Shown: positions 40,712-51,240 of the stretch, piece by piece
Position numbering within the stretch: the stretch's first letter is position 1
Layout: the number at the start of each line of letters is the position of its first letter
Source of the DNA: an uncultured bacterium
Lineage (GTDB): Bacteria > Krumholzibacteriota > Krumholzibacteriia > Krumholzibacteriales > Krumholzibacteriaceae
NCBI GenBank assembly: GCA_963786935.1
Contig: CAWBAN010000003.1
Location: 128,001-192,000 of the forward strand
DNA: 64,000 bases
Direction of reading: 5' to 3'
Made by a program: the position numbers and the translations under genes
Notes under the pieces: model-generated
The model's input: only the letters and a program-made list of their open reading frames with translations
What the model was told of the DNA's origin: nothing
Database searches by the model: none

Positions 40712-43700
40712 ATGAAGAAGGCGCGCGCCGGCGTGGGCATTTTCGTCATTTTCTTGGCCGCCGTCTCGTTCGGAGCGTCGGCCCAGCAGGCGGATCTCGA
40801 CCGGCTCTCGAAGGATCTCGCCGCGAAGAGCGCCGCCGAGCGCTCGGCCGCCCACGCGCTCGCCGCCAAGAACGGATTTCCCGCGAGCTGGACCGGCTCC
40901 GACGGGAGCTACGTCGAGCTCCAGAAGATGCTGAACGGATTCCCCCGCTACTACGCGACCCTCAACGCCAACGCCGCGATCACGACGCGCGCCGATTCGG
41001 TGAACATGGCGATCGGCGGCGGGAGCGGATTCGTGCTGAGGCTCTGGGACGGCGGGAAGCCCCGGCTCACGCATCGCGAGTACATCGGCCGCGTCAGCTG
41101 GATCGATACGAATCCGAGCACGGTGGCCGGACATGCCACGCACACGGCCGGCACGCTGATCGCGTCCGGCATCCGCGCGGCCGCGAAGGGAATGTCCTAC
41201 GCGGCGACCGTGCGCGCCTTCGAGTGGAACAACGACGGCGGCGAGATGGCGAGCGAGGCCGCCGGGGGGGCGAACCTTTCGAGCCATTCGTACGGCTACC
41301 TCGCCGGCTGGTACTACAACACGAGCAACTATAACTGGTACTGGTACGGCGACACGGCGGTGAGCGAGGTCGAGGATTACCTCTTCGGATTCTACGATTC
41401 GGAAGCGCAGGCGTACGACCAGATCCTGAACGCCGCGCCGAACTACCTGCCCGTCGTTTCGTCCTCGAACGACCGCGACGACGCGGGGCCCGGGGCGGGC
41501 GCGAAACACTACTACTGGGACGAGCGCTACGCCGCGTGGCGCATCAGCTACAAGACGCGCAACGGGGACGGCGGGACGACCGGGTACGACTGCATCCCGT
41601 TCGGCTTCCAGATATCGAAGAACACGCTCACCGTCGGCGCGGTGTACGACGTGCCGAGCTACACGGGGCCTTCGAGCGTCGTGCTCGCCCCCTTCAGCAG
41701 CACCGGCCCGTGCGACGACGGGCGAATAAAACCGGACGTCGTCGGGAACGGCATGGAGCTTCTGTCCACCTACTCGACGAACGATTCTTCATACGCGACG
41801 GCGAGCGGCACGTCGATGTCGTGCCCGAACGTGTGCGGCTCGCTCGGGCTCGTCGCCGACTACTACCGTGACACGCACGGCGGAACGCCGATGTGGGCCT
41901 CGACCCTCAAGGCGCTCGCGATTCACACTGCGCTCGAGGCGGGATCGAATCCGGGCCCCGATTACCTGTTCGGCTGGGGGCTCCTCAACGCCTACGCCGC
42001 ATACCGGCTTGCCAACAAGGATTATCTGAACGACTCGAAGGGGCTCATCGAGCAACTCGCCCTCAATCAGGGACAGACGATCGAGATCGGGTACCGGGTG
42101 TATGCGTCGACGCCGGAGCTGCGCGTCACGATCTGCTGGAACGACCCGGCCGGAACGCCCCCGTCCCCCTCGCTCAACCCGCGGACGAAGATGCTCGTGA
42201 ACGATCTCGACCTGCGCGCGGTCAAGGGAGCCGATACGAGCTATCCGTGGCGCCTCGACGTGTACAACCCGGCCAGCGCCGCGACGAAGAACGACAACAA
42301 CGTCGATAACGTCGAGCAGGTCGTCGTCCCGACGCCGACGCCGGGCGTCTACACGATCCGGATCACGCACAAGGGAACGCTCTACGGCGGATCGCAGAAG
42401 GTCTCGCTCGTCGTTTCGGGCGCGGAGAAGAACCACTCGTGGCACGTGTACGAGGACGGCTCGGGGGACGCGCCGACGATCGCGGCCGCCGTGAACGCCG
42501 CGGACGACGGCGATTCGATATTCGTGCATGCGGGCACGTTCAACGAGGCGGGCATCTCGATCTCCAAGGCGCTCTACGTCGCCGGTGTGGACGGCGCCGC
42601 GCTCACGATAGTCGACGGCGCCGGCCTCGGGAGCGGCATCTTCACGTTCCCGACGGCGGCCAAGGTTATCGTGCTGCGGGATATCACGATCAAGAACGGA
42701 TCGACGGCGATCCTCGGCGGAGGCATCTACTGCACCAACTCCTCCGTGACGATCGAGGGCTGCGTCGTCGACAACTGCTATTCGCCGTGGTACGGCGGGG
42801 GTATCGCCGTCACGAACGCCTCCCCGGCGATCAGAAAGGTAGCGTTCCGCTCGAACCGGGCCGATCACGACGGCGGCGGCCTGTACTTCTCCGCGTCGAG
42901 CTCGGTCGTCGATTCGTGCGTGTTCCACGACAACGACGCAGCCCGCTCCGGCGGCGCGATCGCCATGATCAACGCGACGCCGCAGTTCAGCAACTGCACC
43001 GCCTATCGCAATTCGGCCGGCGTGAACGGCGGGGGCGTCTACGTGGGCGTCGGCGGGAATCCGTCGCTCGCGCGATGCGTCGTGTCGCACGCCGCGGCCG
43101 GCGGGGGCATCTTCGGCGAAACGACCGCCGTCGGCGCGTCCGTTTCGTGCTGCGACGTATTCGGCAACGCGGGGGGAGATTATGCGGGATCGATCTCCGA
43201 CCGGACCGGAATCGACGGCAACATCTCGGCCGATCCCGTGTTCTGCGACGCCGGCTTCACGCCTCCCGTCCTCTCGATCAGCGTGCTCTCGCCGTGCGCT
43301 CCCGCGTCGAGCCCCTGCGCGGAGCTCATCGGCGCGCTCGGCGTCGGCTGCGTGAAGGGGCCCGACCTCGCGATCGCGAACGTCGAGTTCAGCGCCGCGC
43401 GGCCGGTCTTCGGGGACAGCATCCGGGCCACGGTGAAGATCAGGAACACGGGCGAGTTCCCCGCGACCGGATTCTTCGTCGATTATTACGCCGACGCCGA
43501 TACGCTGCCGCCGCCGGAAACGGCGGGGGATCAGCGGCTCTTCGTCGACAGTCTCGCTTCGGGGGACTCCCTCGTCTGGACGACCGATTGGGAGCGGGCG
43601 CTCGTGCTCAAGACGTGGAAGAGCCGGTTCAGGGTAGACACGGGAGACTCGGTGCTCGAGACGGACGAGGCGAACAACGCGAGCGGTCCGCACGAGATCG

Positions 43701-45292
43701 CGTGGACCTTCCCGGCGCAGCCGGGCTGGCCCGTGGCGATCGGCTCCGGATTCCACACCTCCCCGGCGATCGCGAGCCTCGATGCCGACGAAATGGATCT
43801 CGAGACGATCGTCGGATGCGACGACGGCCTGCTGTACGTCTTGAAAGCCGACGGGACGCCGGCCGAGGGATGGCCCGTCTCGATCGGCGACACGCTTTTC
43901 TCGTCGCCGGCCGTAGCCGATATCGCCGGCGATTTCCGCAAGGAAGTCGTGATCGGAGGGCGGGACGGGAAGATCTACGCATTCGATTTTCTGGGCGCGA
44001 AGCTCTGGGAGTATCCGACGGGGATCGCCGTCTACCGGACGCCGGCGCTCGCCGATCTGGACGGCGACGGAAAGTGCGAAGTCCTGTGCGGCGCGGGCGG
44101 AGCGCTGTACGCTCTCGACGGGGCCGGCTCGCCGTTCGCGGGCTCGTGGCCGTATCTCGACGGCACGGGGACGATGACGTCTCCCGCGGTGGGAGACATC
44201 GACGGCGACGGCGATCTCGAGATCGCGGCGATCGCATTCGACTCAACGGCTCCCGCGGCGTCGCGCGTGCACCTCGTCAACGCGGACGGGACGCCGTACG
44301 GCGGCGCCTGGCCGATCGTCGTCGACACGGCGATCGTCGCCGATCCCGTGATCGGGAACGTTCTCTCTCCCGACGGGGACCTCGAGATCGTCGCCGGCGC
44401 GGCGAACGGCGCCGTCTACGCGTGGAAGCACGACGGTTCGACCTGGGCGGCGGCCCCCCGCGCGGGCGGACGCATCGAGACATCTCCCGCGCTCGCTCAA
44501 ATGGACGGCGACGGAACGCTCGAGATCGTCGTCTCCTCGAGCCGGTTCGTCGCCTCGCCGGCTCCCGGACATTGGGAAGGCGCGGTGACGGCGATCGACG
44601 ACGACGGCTCGGTTCTCGGCGGCTGGCCGCAGGCGGCAGGCGCATGGACGGCCGCGGCGGGCCCGATGCCGCCGGCGATCTCGATCGGCGGCGCCGTCCA
44701 GGTCATGGCCGGCGGACCCGCGGGGCTCTTCAGGTCGTGGAGCGCCCTCGGCGAGGCTGTCGAAGGTTTTCCGATCGATCTCGCGGGAGGCTCGAGCGTT
44801 TCGGCGTCCGCCGACGACATCGACCGCGACGGCCGCATGGAGCTCGTCACGATCTCGGGAGCGGCGGGCGGCTCCATCCGATGCGAGAAGCTGATCGGAG
44901 ATTATTTGACGAGCCAGCTCTGGTGGCCGATGTTCCGCCACGATCGCTCGAGGACCGGCCGCTACGACGCCGCCGTGCCGACGGGATCCGACGGGAACGC
45001 GCTCCCCGTGCCGCCGGCGACGCGCATCGCGTCGATCTACCCGAATCCGTTCAACCCGTCGACGCGGATCGCCTTCGATCTGAGCGCGCGCTCGCGCGTG
45101 CAGCTCGCGATATACGACGTGTCCGGCCGGAGGATCGCGATTATTCTGGACGGGGAGATGGGAGCGGGGCGCTACGAAGCGGTCTGGAACGGCAGGACGG
45201 TTTCGGGCGGCGCGGCCGTTTCGGGCATCTACTTCTGCGCGCTGCGCGCGGGAAACACGGTCGAGACGAAGAAGATCGTGCTCGTGCGCTAG
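40712..45292 (+). CDS. Secreted multidomain S8 subtilase, tandem paralog (one beta-helix module)
   Basis: WDG, HATHTAGT, GTSMSCP; same domain order as 34756..40470; YPNPFNP tail. Confidence 0.92.
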   Translation: MKKARAGVGIFVIFLAAVSFGASAQQADLDRLSKDLAAKSAAERSAAHALAAKNGFPASWTGSDGSYVELQKMLNGFPRYYATLNANAAITTRADSVNMAIGGGSGFVLRLWDGGKPRLTHREYIGRVSWIDTNPSTVAGHATHTAGTLIASGIRAAAKGMSYAATVRAFEWNNDGGEMASEAAGGANLSSHSYGYLAGWYYNTSNYNWYWYGDTAVSEVEDYLFGFYDSEAQAYDQILNAAPNYLPVVSSSNDRDDAGPGAGAKHYYWDERYAAWRISYKTRNGDGGTTGYDCIPFGFQISKNTLTVGAVYDVPSYTGPSSVVLAPFSSTGPCDDGRIKPDVVGNGMELLSTYSTNDSSYATASGTSMSCPNVCGSLGLVADYYRDTHGGTPMWASTLKALAIHTALEAGSNPGPDYLFGWGLLNAYAAYRLANKDYLNDSKGLIEQLALNQGQTIEIGYRVYASTPELRVTICWNDPAGTPPSPSLNPRTKMLVNDLDLRAVKGADTSYPWRLDVYNPASAATKNDNNVDNVEQVVVPTPTPGVYTIRITHKGTLYGGSQKVSLVVSGAEKNHSWHVYEDGSGDAPTIAAAVNAADDGDSIFVHAGTFNEAGISISKALYVAGVDGAALTIVDGAGLGSGIFTFPTAAKVIVLRDITIKNGSTAILGGGIYCTNSSVTIEGCVVDNCYSPWYGGGIAVTNASPAIRKVAFRSNRADHDGGGLYFSASSSVVDSCVFHDNDAARSGGAIAMINATPQFSNCTAYRNSAGVNGGGVYVGVGGNPSLARCVVSHAAAGGGIFGETTAVGASVSCCDVFGNAGGDYAGSISDRTGIDGNISADPVFCDAGFTPPVLSISVLSPCAPASSPCAELIGALGVGCVKGPDLAIANVEFSAARPVFGDSIRATVKIRNTGEFPATGFFVDYYADADTLPPPETAGDQRLFVDSLASGDSLVWTTDWERALVLKTWKSRFRVDTGDSVLETDEANNASGPHEIAWTFPAQPGWPVAIGSGFHTSPAIASLDADEMDLETIVGCDDGLLYVLKADGTPAEGWPVSIGDTLFSSPAVADIAGDFRKEVVIGGRDGKIYAFDFLGAKLWEYPTGIAVYRTPALADLDGDGKCEVLCGAGGALYALDGAGSPFAGSWPYLDGTGTMTSPAVGDIDGDGDLEIAAIAFDSTAPAASRVHLVNADGTPYGGAWPIVVDTAIVADPVIGNVLSPDGDLEIVAGAANGAVYAWKHDGSTWAAAPRAGGRIETSPALAQMDGDGTLEIVVSSSRFVASPAPGHWEGAVTAIDDDGSVLGGWPQAAGAWTAAAGPMPPAISIGGAVQVMAGGPAGLFRSWSALGEAVEGFPIDLAGGSSVSASADDIDRDGRMELVTISGAAGGSIRCEKLIGDYLTSQLWWPMFRHDRSRTGRYDAAVPTGSDGNALPVPPATRIASIYPNPFNPSTRIAFDLSARSRVQLAIYDVSGRRIAIILDGEMGAGRYEAVWNGRTVSGGAAVSGIYFCALRAGNTVETKKIVLVR

Positions 45293-45361
45293 CGCCAATA
45301 TCAGCTCGAGCGATGTCCGGGACGCCGAAAAGATCCGGGGCGGGGTGCCGGCGATATCCGG

Positions 45362-45949
45362 CTACTTGTTTTCCGCTGCCTTGTTCCGCTCGACGAGCCG
45401 TTTGTGCAGCTCGTCATGAAGGTACTGGATGTAGAGCTCGGTCGCTTCCTTCTTCGTGATGCGGCGGAGCGTTATCGACATGCCCGGCGCGGTGAGCCGG
45501 TAGGTCTTCTGCGCCATCTCGCGCGTGCCGTCCTCGGCGACCGCGATCGCGCCGTATCGCCCCTCGATCTGCATCTTGAGCCAATCGAGCTTCAGGCGGC
45601 CCGTATCGCGGAAGTAGACGATCACTTCCATGAGCCGGTCGTCGACGAACGCGCATCGCACCCGCCGAACATCGGGATACGGCTCGAGCGGGCCGGAGAA
45701 ATCGTACAGCTCGCCGCGATAGCCGAGCGGCGGGTCGGGCGCCTTGGTGATTCTCGCGATGTTCTTGGCGCGCTCGAATACGGCGTCTTTCGATTGTCCG
45801 AGGAAGAAGCCGTAGATATCCTCGTTCAGCACGAGAGCGTCGTCCTCTCCCTTCTTCGAACAGGAGCACGCCAACGAGAGCGACAGGATCATCGTCCCCG
45901 CGACGATCCACGCCGCCCACGTCCGGTTCACTCTCTTTGTTTGTGCCAT
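45362..45949 (-). CDS. Hypothetical lipoprotein
   Basis: Hydrophobic leader ending LSLACSC; AAAGGAG upstream. Confidence 0.7.
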   Translation of the reverse strand: MAQTKRVNRTWAAWIVAGTMILSLSLACSCSKKGEDDALVLNEDIYGFFLGQSKDAVFERAKNIARITKAPDPPLGYRGELYDFSGPLEPYPDVRRVRCAFVDDRLMEVIVYFRDTGRLKLDWLKMQIEGRYGAIAVAEDGTREMAQKTYRLTAPGMSITLRRITKKEATELYIQYLHDELHKRLVERNKAAENK

Positions 45950-46122
45950 GTCCACGCGCACTCCTTTCGGACGAGAGACGCCGGCGAGCGTAGCAAAAAG
46001 GGGCCGGGGGTGCCAGATGATTCTGGACGGGGGGAAATAGTGCGGGGGAGGATCCGCTTCGAGCGCCTTGGCCGGCGTCGAACGACCCTCCCCCGCGTCT
46101 TCGTCGTGCGCGATAGCTCCGG

Positions 46123-46473
46123 TCAGTACGAGAACCTCAACTTGAAGCTCCCGATATCGATCATGTCTCCGTTGCGCAGCCTCTGCTGGTGCACTTCCCT
46201 GCCGTTGAGCGCGAGGCCGTTTCTGCTGTTCAGATCCTCGATGACGAATCCGCCGTTCGTCTTCAGGATGACGGCGTGCTCGTCCGAAACGAGGGAATCG
46301 TCGAGGCAAATATCGCAGTCGAGCTTTCTCCCGAGCGTGACTTTTCTTTTCTTGAGAGCGATTTCGAGCCCCGCAAAACAGCTGTTGATGATCGTGAGTC
46401 GTGCAATTTTGCCGGGGGCCTTCGCTTCGGCGAGTCCCACGCCGGCGCCGCGATTTGCTTTTCTCGAAGCCAC
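46123..46473 (-). CDS. FHA-domain protein
   Basis: LGR...DI.L.D..VS..HA, DLNSRNG, LRNGDMI.IG. Confidence 0.88.
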   Translation of the reverse strand: MASRKANRGAGVGLAEAKAPGKIARLTIINSCFAGLEIALKKRKVTLGRKLDCDICLDDSLVSDEHAVILKTNGGFVIEDLNSRNGLALNGREVHQQRLRNGDMIDIGSFKLRFSY

Positions 46474-46574
46474 TTTCTCACCTGCCCTGTATTATTTTCG
46501 ACCGGGAATCGGCCTTCGCGCGACTCCGTTGGAATGAGGAAGGCAAGATTCGTACCATATCGGGGAAGGGGGGC

Positions 46575-46655
46575 GGCGCCGGGGGGCCTCCGGCGCGGGC
46601 GCCGGGGGTTTCCGGCGCGGGCGCCGAGGGCCTATCGCGCGGGCGCCGGGGCGGG
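46575..46655. repeat. Imperfect ~22-bp GC-rich tandem repeat (about 3.5 units)
   Basis: ggcgccg recurs at about 22-nt spacing across the end of the upstream CDS. Confidence 0.45.
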
Positions 46656-47831
46656 CTGAAAGACGTATTCCTGCCTTCTGCCCGTATCGTAGAAGCTGAG
46701 CGCGACCGCTCCTTTTTCGAACGGGCGTCTCACCGTGAGCGTGTTGTCCATGCTTCCCTCGATAACGGCGGGGCCGGTCGGGGAACCCGGCTCGATGTCG
46801 AGCGTCCATCCGGAAAAGATATACGATCCGGACAGCTCGGTGTACATGCAGCCGGCGATGAGGCTCGAGAGGAGGCAGAACAGGTTGTTGCCGGTCGTGA
46901 CTCCCCGTTCGTTCGTCAGCAGGCTCCACGTTCTGCCCTTCGCCGCGCTGAGGTATCCCGGGCGCTGGTTTTCGAGCAGGCGCAGGAGGCCGTCGCGGTC
47001 GGTCCAGCTGAAGCAGTTGTTCGGGTAGAGCTCGTAGAAGATGCCGTTCATGTAGCGCGCGATATCCGGGTCCTCGTGCGGCGGGCGTCCGTTGCCGATC
47101 TGGATGAAGTCCGGGCCGAAACGCTCGCGGATCGCCTTCGCGTACTCCTTCTGCCAGAGGTAAAAGAGATTCTGCTCTTCCGTATCTTCGTCGTAGATGA
47201 CGCCGTCGCCGTCGAAATCCACGTCGCCGTGAACGCTGTCCCGGATGGCCGGGTTGATGTACGGATAGGTGCTGAAATAGTCGTGCATGATACCGTCGAC
47301 GGGCGCGCCGCTCTCGCTCTGATACGCGGCGAGAAGATCGACGAGCTTGTCGATAAGCGCGGTGTTGAGCGCGCCGTTCTTGATCGGGTTGAGCGTCACG
47401 AGATCTTTCCAGATCATGAGCGTGTCCCCCGCGGTCGTCCACGTCCAGTCGTCGCGGACCGCGCGGTAGTAATCGAGCACGTAGGGAATCGTGTTCCGCA
47501 GGTAGGTCGTGTCGGGATAGAGGGTGGAGACCCCCATCACGCTCTGATACCCGATGATCTGAATATCGGGGTTGAGCCGCTTGAGCTCGCCCAGGATGTC
47601 CCTCGTGGCGGGCGAATAGCACCACGCGAGCGGGAAGATGATCAGGTTCGCTTCCGCGGCCGCCTCGATCGTCGCGGCGTCCCAGGAGGCGAACGATCGC
47701 CAGTGAACGACCGCTTTTTCGGGGTAGTCACGCGGGGTGGGCGCCGGCGGAGGATCCGTCGAGGCGTCGCCGCATCCGAACGCGCCGAGCGCGATCACGA
47801 AGAGCGGGATGATGACTAATCCGCGATGCAT
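46632..47831 (-). CDS. Lipoprotein, putative TIM-barrel glycoside hydrolase (GHL15/GH114-like)
   Basis: Lipobox AFGC; LKRLNPDIQIIGY, DGIMHD, IGNG, NGIFYE. Confidence 0.6.
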   Translation of the reverse strand: MHRGLVIIPLFVIALGAFGCGDASTDPPPAPTPRDYPEKAVVHWRSFASWDAATIEAAAEANLIIFPLAWCYSPATRDILGELKRLNPDIQIIGYQSVMGVSTLYPDTTYLRNTIPYVLDYYRAVRDDWTWTTAGDTLMIWKDLVTLNPIKNGALNTALIDKLVDLLAAYQSESGAPVDGIMHDYFSTYPYINPAIRDSVHGDVDFDGDGVIYDEDTEEQNLFYLWQKEYAKAIRERFGPDFIQIGNGRPPHEDPDIARYMNGIFYELYPNNCFSWTDRDGLLRLLENQRPGYLSAAKGRTWSLLTNERGVTTGNNLFCLLSSLIAGCMYTELSGSYIFSGWTLDIEPGSPTGPAVIEGSMDNTLTVRRPFEKGAVALSFYDTGRRQEYVFQPAPAPAR

Positions 47832-48157
47832 TTTGCCGTTACCCCCTCCGAATTCGCCCCCGCTCCCTCGGCTCGCACGGGGAACAACGGGGAACGCCGC
47901 GCAACAACGAAGCACGGGCGGGAATCGAACGGCCGGGAGCCCGGGCCTCCGGCGCTGAAATATATCCCCCCCGGGGTGATTCTGCAAAGAGAATGCCGCC
48001 CGGCCCGCCGGGCTTCGTCCCGCGGCCAGCCGGAGCGGCGTTCCCGAATGCGCTGGACAGGAGCGTGCGGTTTCGTGCAAGAATAGTTGCGATCCGCTCC
48101 GAAGACGCCGATCCGCGCATCGGCCGGCGGAACGAACGTATCTCGCGGGAGGCTGCC

Positions 48158-49024
48158 ATGAAAACCACGACCGAAGCGTTGGTGACCTGGTTTCTGACGA
48201 AGGGGCTGCGGATCGGCATCATCATCGCCGTGATGCTTCTGCTGCTCGGCGTCGCCAGGCTTCTGTTCATTTACTCGAGGCGTCGGTTCCGCCTGCAGGA
48301 GAAGGTGGGAATCGAACGCGCGAAGCGCACCGCAACGTTCGCGAAAACCGTCGAGAACATCATCCGCGCCGTCATCGTCGTCATGGGGCTCCTCGCGATT
48401 CTACGGCAGGCGGGGATCGAGCTCGCGCCGCTTCTGGCGGGCGCGGGCATCGTGGGGCTCGCGGTGAGCTTCGGCGCCCAGAATCTCGCGAAGGACGTCA
48501 TCAACGGTTTCTTCATTCTCGCCGAGAACAACATGAACGTGGGAGACGTCGTGCAGGTGGCGGGCAAGTCGGGAACCGTCGAGCGGATCACGCTCCGCAC
48601 GACCGTCCTGCGCGACCTCGAGGGGAACGTCCACGCCGTTCCCAACAGCGAGATTCTCACGATCACCAACATGACGAAGGAGTGGTCGCGCGCCGTGATC
48701 GAGATCGGCGTCGCCTACCGCGAGAACGTCGACGCGGTGATCGACGCGCTGCGGGAGACCGGCGACGGCCTCGCGAAGGATCCCGCGTTCGGGCCGCTCA
48801 TCGTCGAGCCGATGGAGATTCTCGGCGTCGACAGCTTCGGCGAATCCTCGGTCAATATCAAGGTCATGTTCAAGACGCTGCCGGTCAAGCAATGGCCGGT
48901 GGCGCGCGAGTTCAGGCGCCGGGTGAAGCAGGCGTTCGACGAGCGGGGCATACGCATTCCCTATCCGCACCGGATGATCTATTTCGGGGACGGGAGCGCC
49001 CCGGGGAAGCGGATGATCGAGTGA
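48158..49024 (+). CDS. MscS-family mechanosensitive channel
   Basis: AGAGIVGLAVSFGAQ, VGDVV, GTVE.I.LRTT, VPNS. Confidence 0.92.
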   Translation: MKTTTEALVTWFLTKGLRIGIIIAVMLLLLGVARLLFIYSRRRFRLQEKVGIERAKRTATFAKTVENIIRAVIVVMGLLAILRQAGIELAPLLAGAGIVGLAVSFGAQNLAKDVINGFFILAENNMNVGDVVQVAGKSGTVERITLRTTVLRDLEGNVHAVPNSEILTITNMTKEWSRAVIEIGVAYRENVDAVIDALRETGDGLAKDPAFGPLIVEPMEILGVDSFGESSVNIKVMFKTLPVKQWPVAREFRRRVKQAFDERGIRIPYPHRMIYFGDGSAPGKRMIE

Positions 49025-49070
49025 GGCTCTCGGGCGACTTCCGGTCACGCCGGAAGCGGGGTCATCCCCC

Positions 49071-49802
49071 TCAACCGCCGGGCAGATAAGCGATCTCGAG
49101 GCGTGGCCGCCGTCCGGCGTTACCGTACTCGCGCTGAATAACGGTCGTATACCGCGAGCGGGTGACGTCCGTCGTCTTGATGACGACTCCATGATTCGTG
49201 GTCGGATCCTGAATCCATTCCATGACGAGCGCCGGGGAAAGCGTGAAGGTCACGACGCTGTCGGTCGAAACCGTGCGCTCGTCGATGACGGCGCTGAAGA
49301 AATCCCCGCCGGGATTCTGCCACGGCGCCGTTCCGTCGATCGTGGTCCACGAAACGCCGTTCGCGGCCCCGCCGAACCCTTCCGACCACTGCTTCCAGCC
49401 GGGCAGATTGATCAGGTGCGCCCGGAGCGTCAGCGAATCCGGCGCCGGGGGAACGACGCGGATCGACAGGCGCGCCGAGATCACGGACGAGCAATCCGTG
49501 ATCGACGAGATGTCCATCCTGACGATGATGCGCCGCTCGTAGTACGCGGTCGAGAGCAGCACCGAGCCGAGCGTGTCTGATGGAAGCGCCCCGAAGTTCG
49601 TGTTCGCGGCCGAGGGGCTCGGATTATCCTTGAGCACGGCGTCCGCCGTGCCCCGGTACGAGGCGTCGGGGGAGAGGCCGTCCTGGAACGCGACGTGTAT
49701 CGTATCGACAGGCCCCTGCGGCGCGGTCTCGTCGTCGCCGCACCCGGCGAGCGCGGCGAGGCAGAGCGAGCAGGCGATGACGGCGGCGAGCGCGCGCTTC
49801 AT
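49071..49802 (-). CDS. Lipoprotein with DNRLRE-like domain
   Basis: Lipobox LAGC; FQDG...Y.G..DA, TNFG, ISARL, W...GGDF, NHG, RPRLEI.Y. Confidence 0.7.
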   Translation of the reverse strand: MKRALAAVIACSLCLAALAGCGDDETAPQGPVDTIHVAFQDGLSPDASYRGTADAVLKDNPSPSAANTNFGALPSDTLGSVLLSTAYYERRIIVRMDISSITDCSSVISARLSIRVVPPAPDSLTLRAHLINLPGWKQWSEGFGGAANGVSWTTIDGTAPWQNPGGDFFSAVIDERTVSTDSVVTFTLSPALVMEWIQDPTTNHGVVIKTTDVTRSRYTTVIQREYGNAGRRPRLEIAYLPGG

Positions 49803-49803
49803 G

Positions 49804-51237
49804 TTATCTTCCTTTCGGGAGGCGGTACGTCTCTGGATCGATGCCGTGCTTTTTCATGAGATCGTGGAGCGTGGGGCGGCTCACCTCGAGGCTCTCCGCC
49901 GCCGCCGAAACGTTTCCCCGCGCCCGGATGAGAGCGCCGATGACGAAGCGGCGCTCCAGATCGTCGCGCGCCTCCTTGAGCGGCACCGGCTCGAACGGGA
50001 CGCCGCTCCCCGCGGGGGGCGGCGGCTCCGCGCCGGAAGCCCCCTTCCGCAGATTCTCCGGGTAGGGCAGGTCGAGATCCTCCGGCTGGATGAGCTTGCC
50101 GGTCGCCATGATCACGCCGCGCTTCACGCGGTTCTCCAGCTCGCGGACGTTGCCGGGCCACGAGTAGAGGCCGAGCGTCTTCTGCGCGTACTCTCCGAAT
50201 CCGCGGACGCCGCGCGAAAACTCCCGGTTGTACCGGTGGAGAAACCGCATCGCCAAGAGCAGGATGTCGTCCCGCCGGTCGCGGAGCGGCGGGAGGTTGA
50301 TGGTGACCGTGTTGATCCGGTAGAACAGATCCTCGCGGAAGGTCTGGCCGGAGAGCATCGCGTCGAGGTTCCGGTTCGTCGCCGCGATGACGCGGACGTC
50401 GACCTTGATCTGCTCGCGGGCCCCGACGCGCTCGATGACGTGCTCCTGAAGAAACCGGAGGATCTTCACCTGGAGCGGCGGTGTGAGCTCCCCGATCTCG
50501 TCGAGGAATATCGTCCCGCTGTCGGCAGTTTCGAACTTGCCCTGCCTCGTCTCGAAGGCGCCGGTGAAGCTCCCCCGCTCGTGCCCGAAGAGCTCGCTCT
50601 CGAGGAGGTTCTCCGGGATGGCCCCGCAGTTGATCGGCACGAACGGATTGTCGCGCCGGGGGCTTCTCGCGTGGATCGCGCGGGCGATGAGCTCCTTGCC
50701 CGTTCCGCTCTCCCCCGTGATGAGGATCGAGACGTCCGTCGCGGCGACGCGCTTGACCGTTTCGAAGACGTCGAGCATCGATTTCGATATGGCGACGATC
50801 CCCTCGAACTCGTGCCGGCTCCCTTCCTTGCCCTTGAGCGCGGCGAGCTCCGTCTCGAGGGAGAAGAGATGCGCGGCGCGCTTCAGGATCGTGCGCAGCT
50901 CCTCGATCGGCGTCGTCTTCGAGCAGAAGTCGTACGCGCCCTTTTCGATCGCTTTGAGCGCGTTTTCACGCTCGTCGTGCCCGGTGAGCACGACGACCTT
51001 GAGGCGCGGATCGATGAGAATCGCGTCCTCGAGAATCGCGAGACCGTCGATGTTCCACGGCTCGCCGGTGAGCGAGAGGTCGAGCAGCATGAGCCCGGGC
51101 TTCCTCGCCTTGACCGCGGCGATCGCCTCGCCGGCCGTTTGCGCCGTGAGGACCGTGAAATCCCCCTTGAACGCCCATTGGAGCTGCTTGAGGATCGTTT
51201 CCTCGTCGTCGACGATGAGCAGTGTCTTTGCCGGCAC
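49804..51237 (-). CDS. prsR: PEP-CTERM-box sigma54 response regulator
   Basis: KQLQW receiver signature, NALKAI..GAYDF, GESGTGKE, ESELFG..GSFTGA, HTH SRPTL; adjacent to prsK. Confidence 0.88.
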   Translation of the reverse strand: MPAKTLLIVDDEETILKQLQWAFKGDFTVLTAQTAGEAIAAVKARKPGLMLLDLSLTGEPWNIDGLAILEDAILIDPRLKVVVLTGHDERENALKAIEKGAYDFCSKTTPIEELRTILKRAAHLFSLETELAALKGKEGSRHEFEGIVAISKSMLDVFETVKRVAATDVSILITGESGTGKELIARAIHARSPRRDNPFVPINCGAIPENLLESELFGHERGSFTGAFETRQGKFETADSGTIFLDEIGELTPPLQVKILRFLQEHVIERVGAREQIKVDVRVIAATNRNLDAMLSGQTFREDLFYRINTVTINLPPLRDRRDDILLLAMRFLHRYNREFSRGVRGFGEYAQKTLGLYSWPGNVRELENRVKRGVIMATGKLIQPEDLDLPYPENLRKGASGAEPPPPAGSGVPFEPVPLKEARDDLERRFVIGALIRARGNVSAAAESLEVSRPTLHDLMKKHGIDPETYRLPKGR

Positions 51238-51240
51238 GCG

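Noticed and set aside
47991..48042. Long GC hairpin between divergent genes as an ncRNA
   Set aside because: No recognisable family motif; such stems arise easily at this GC content.
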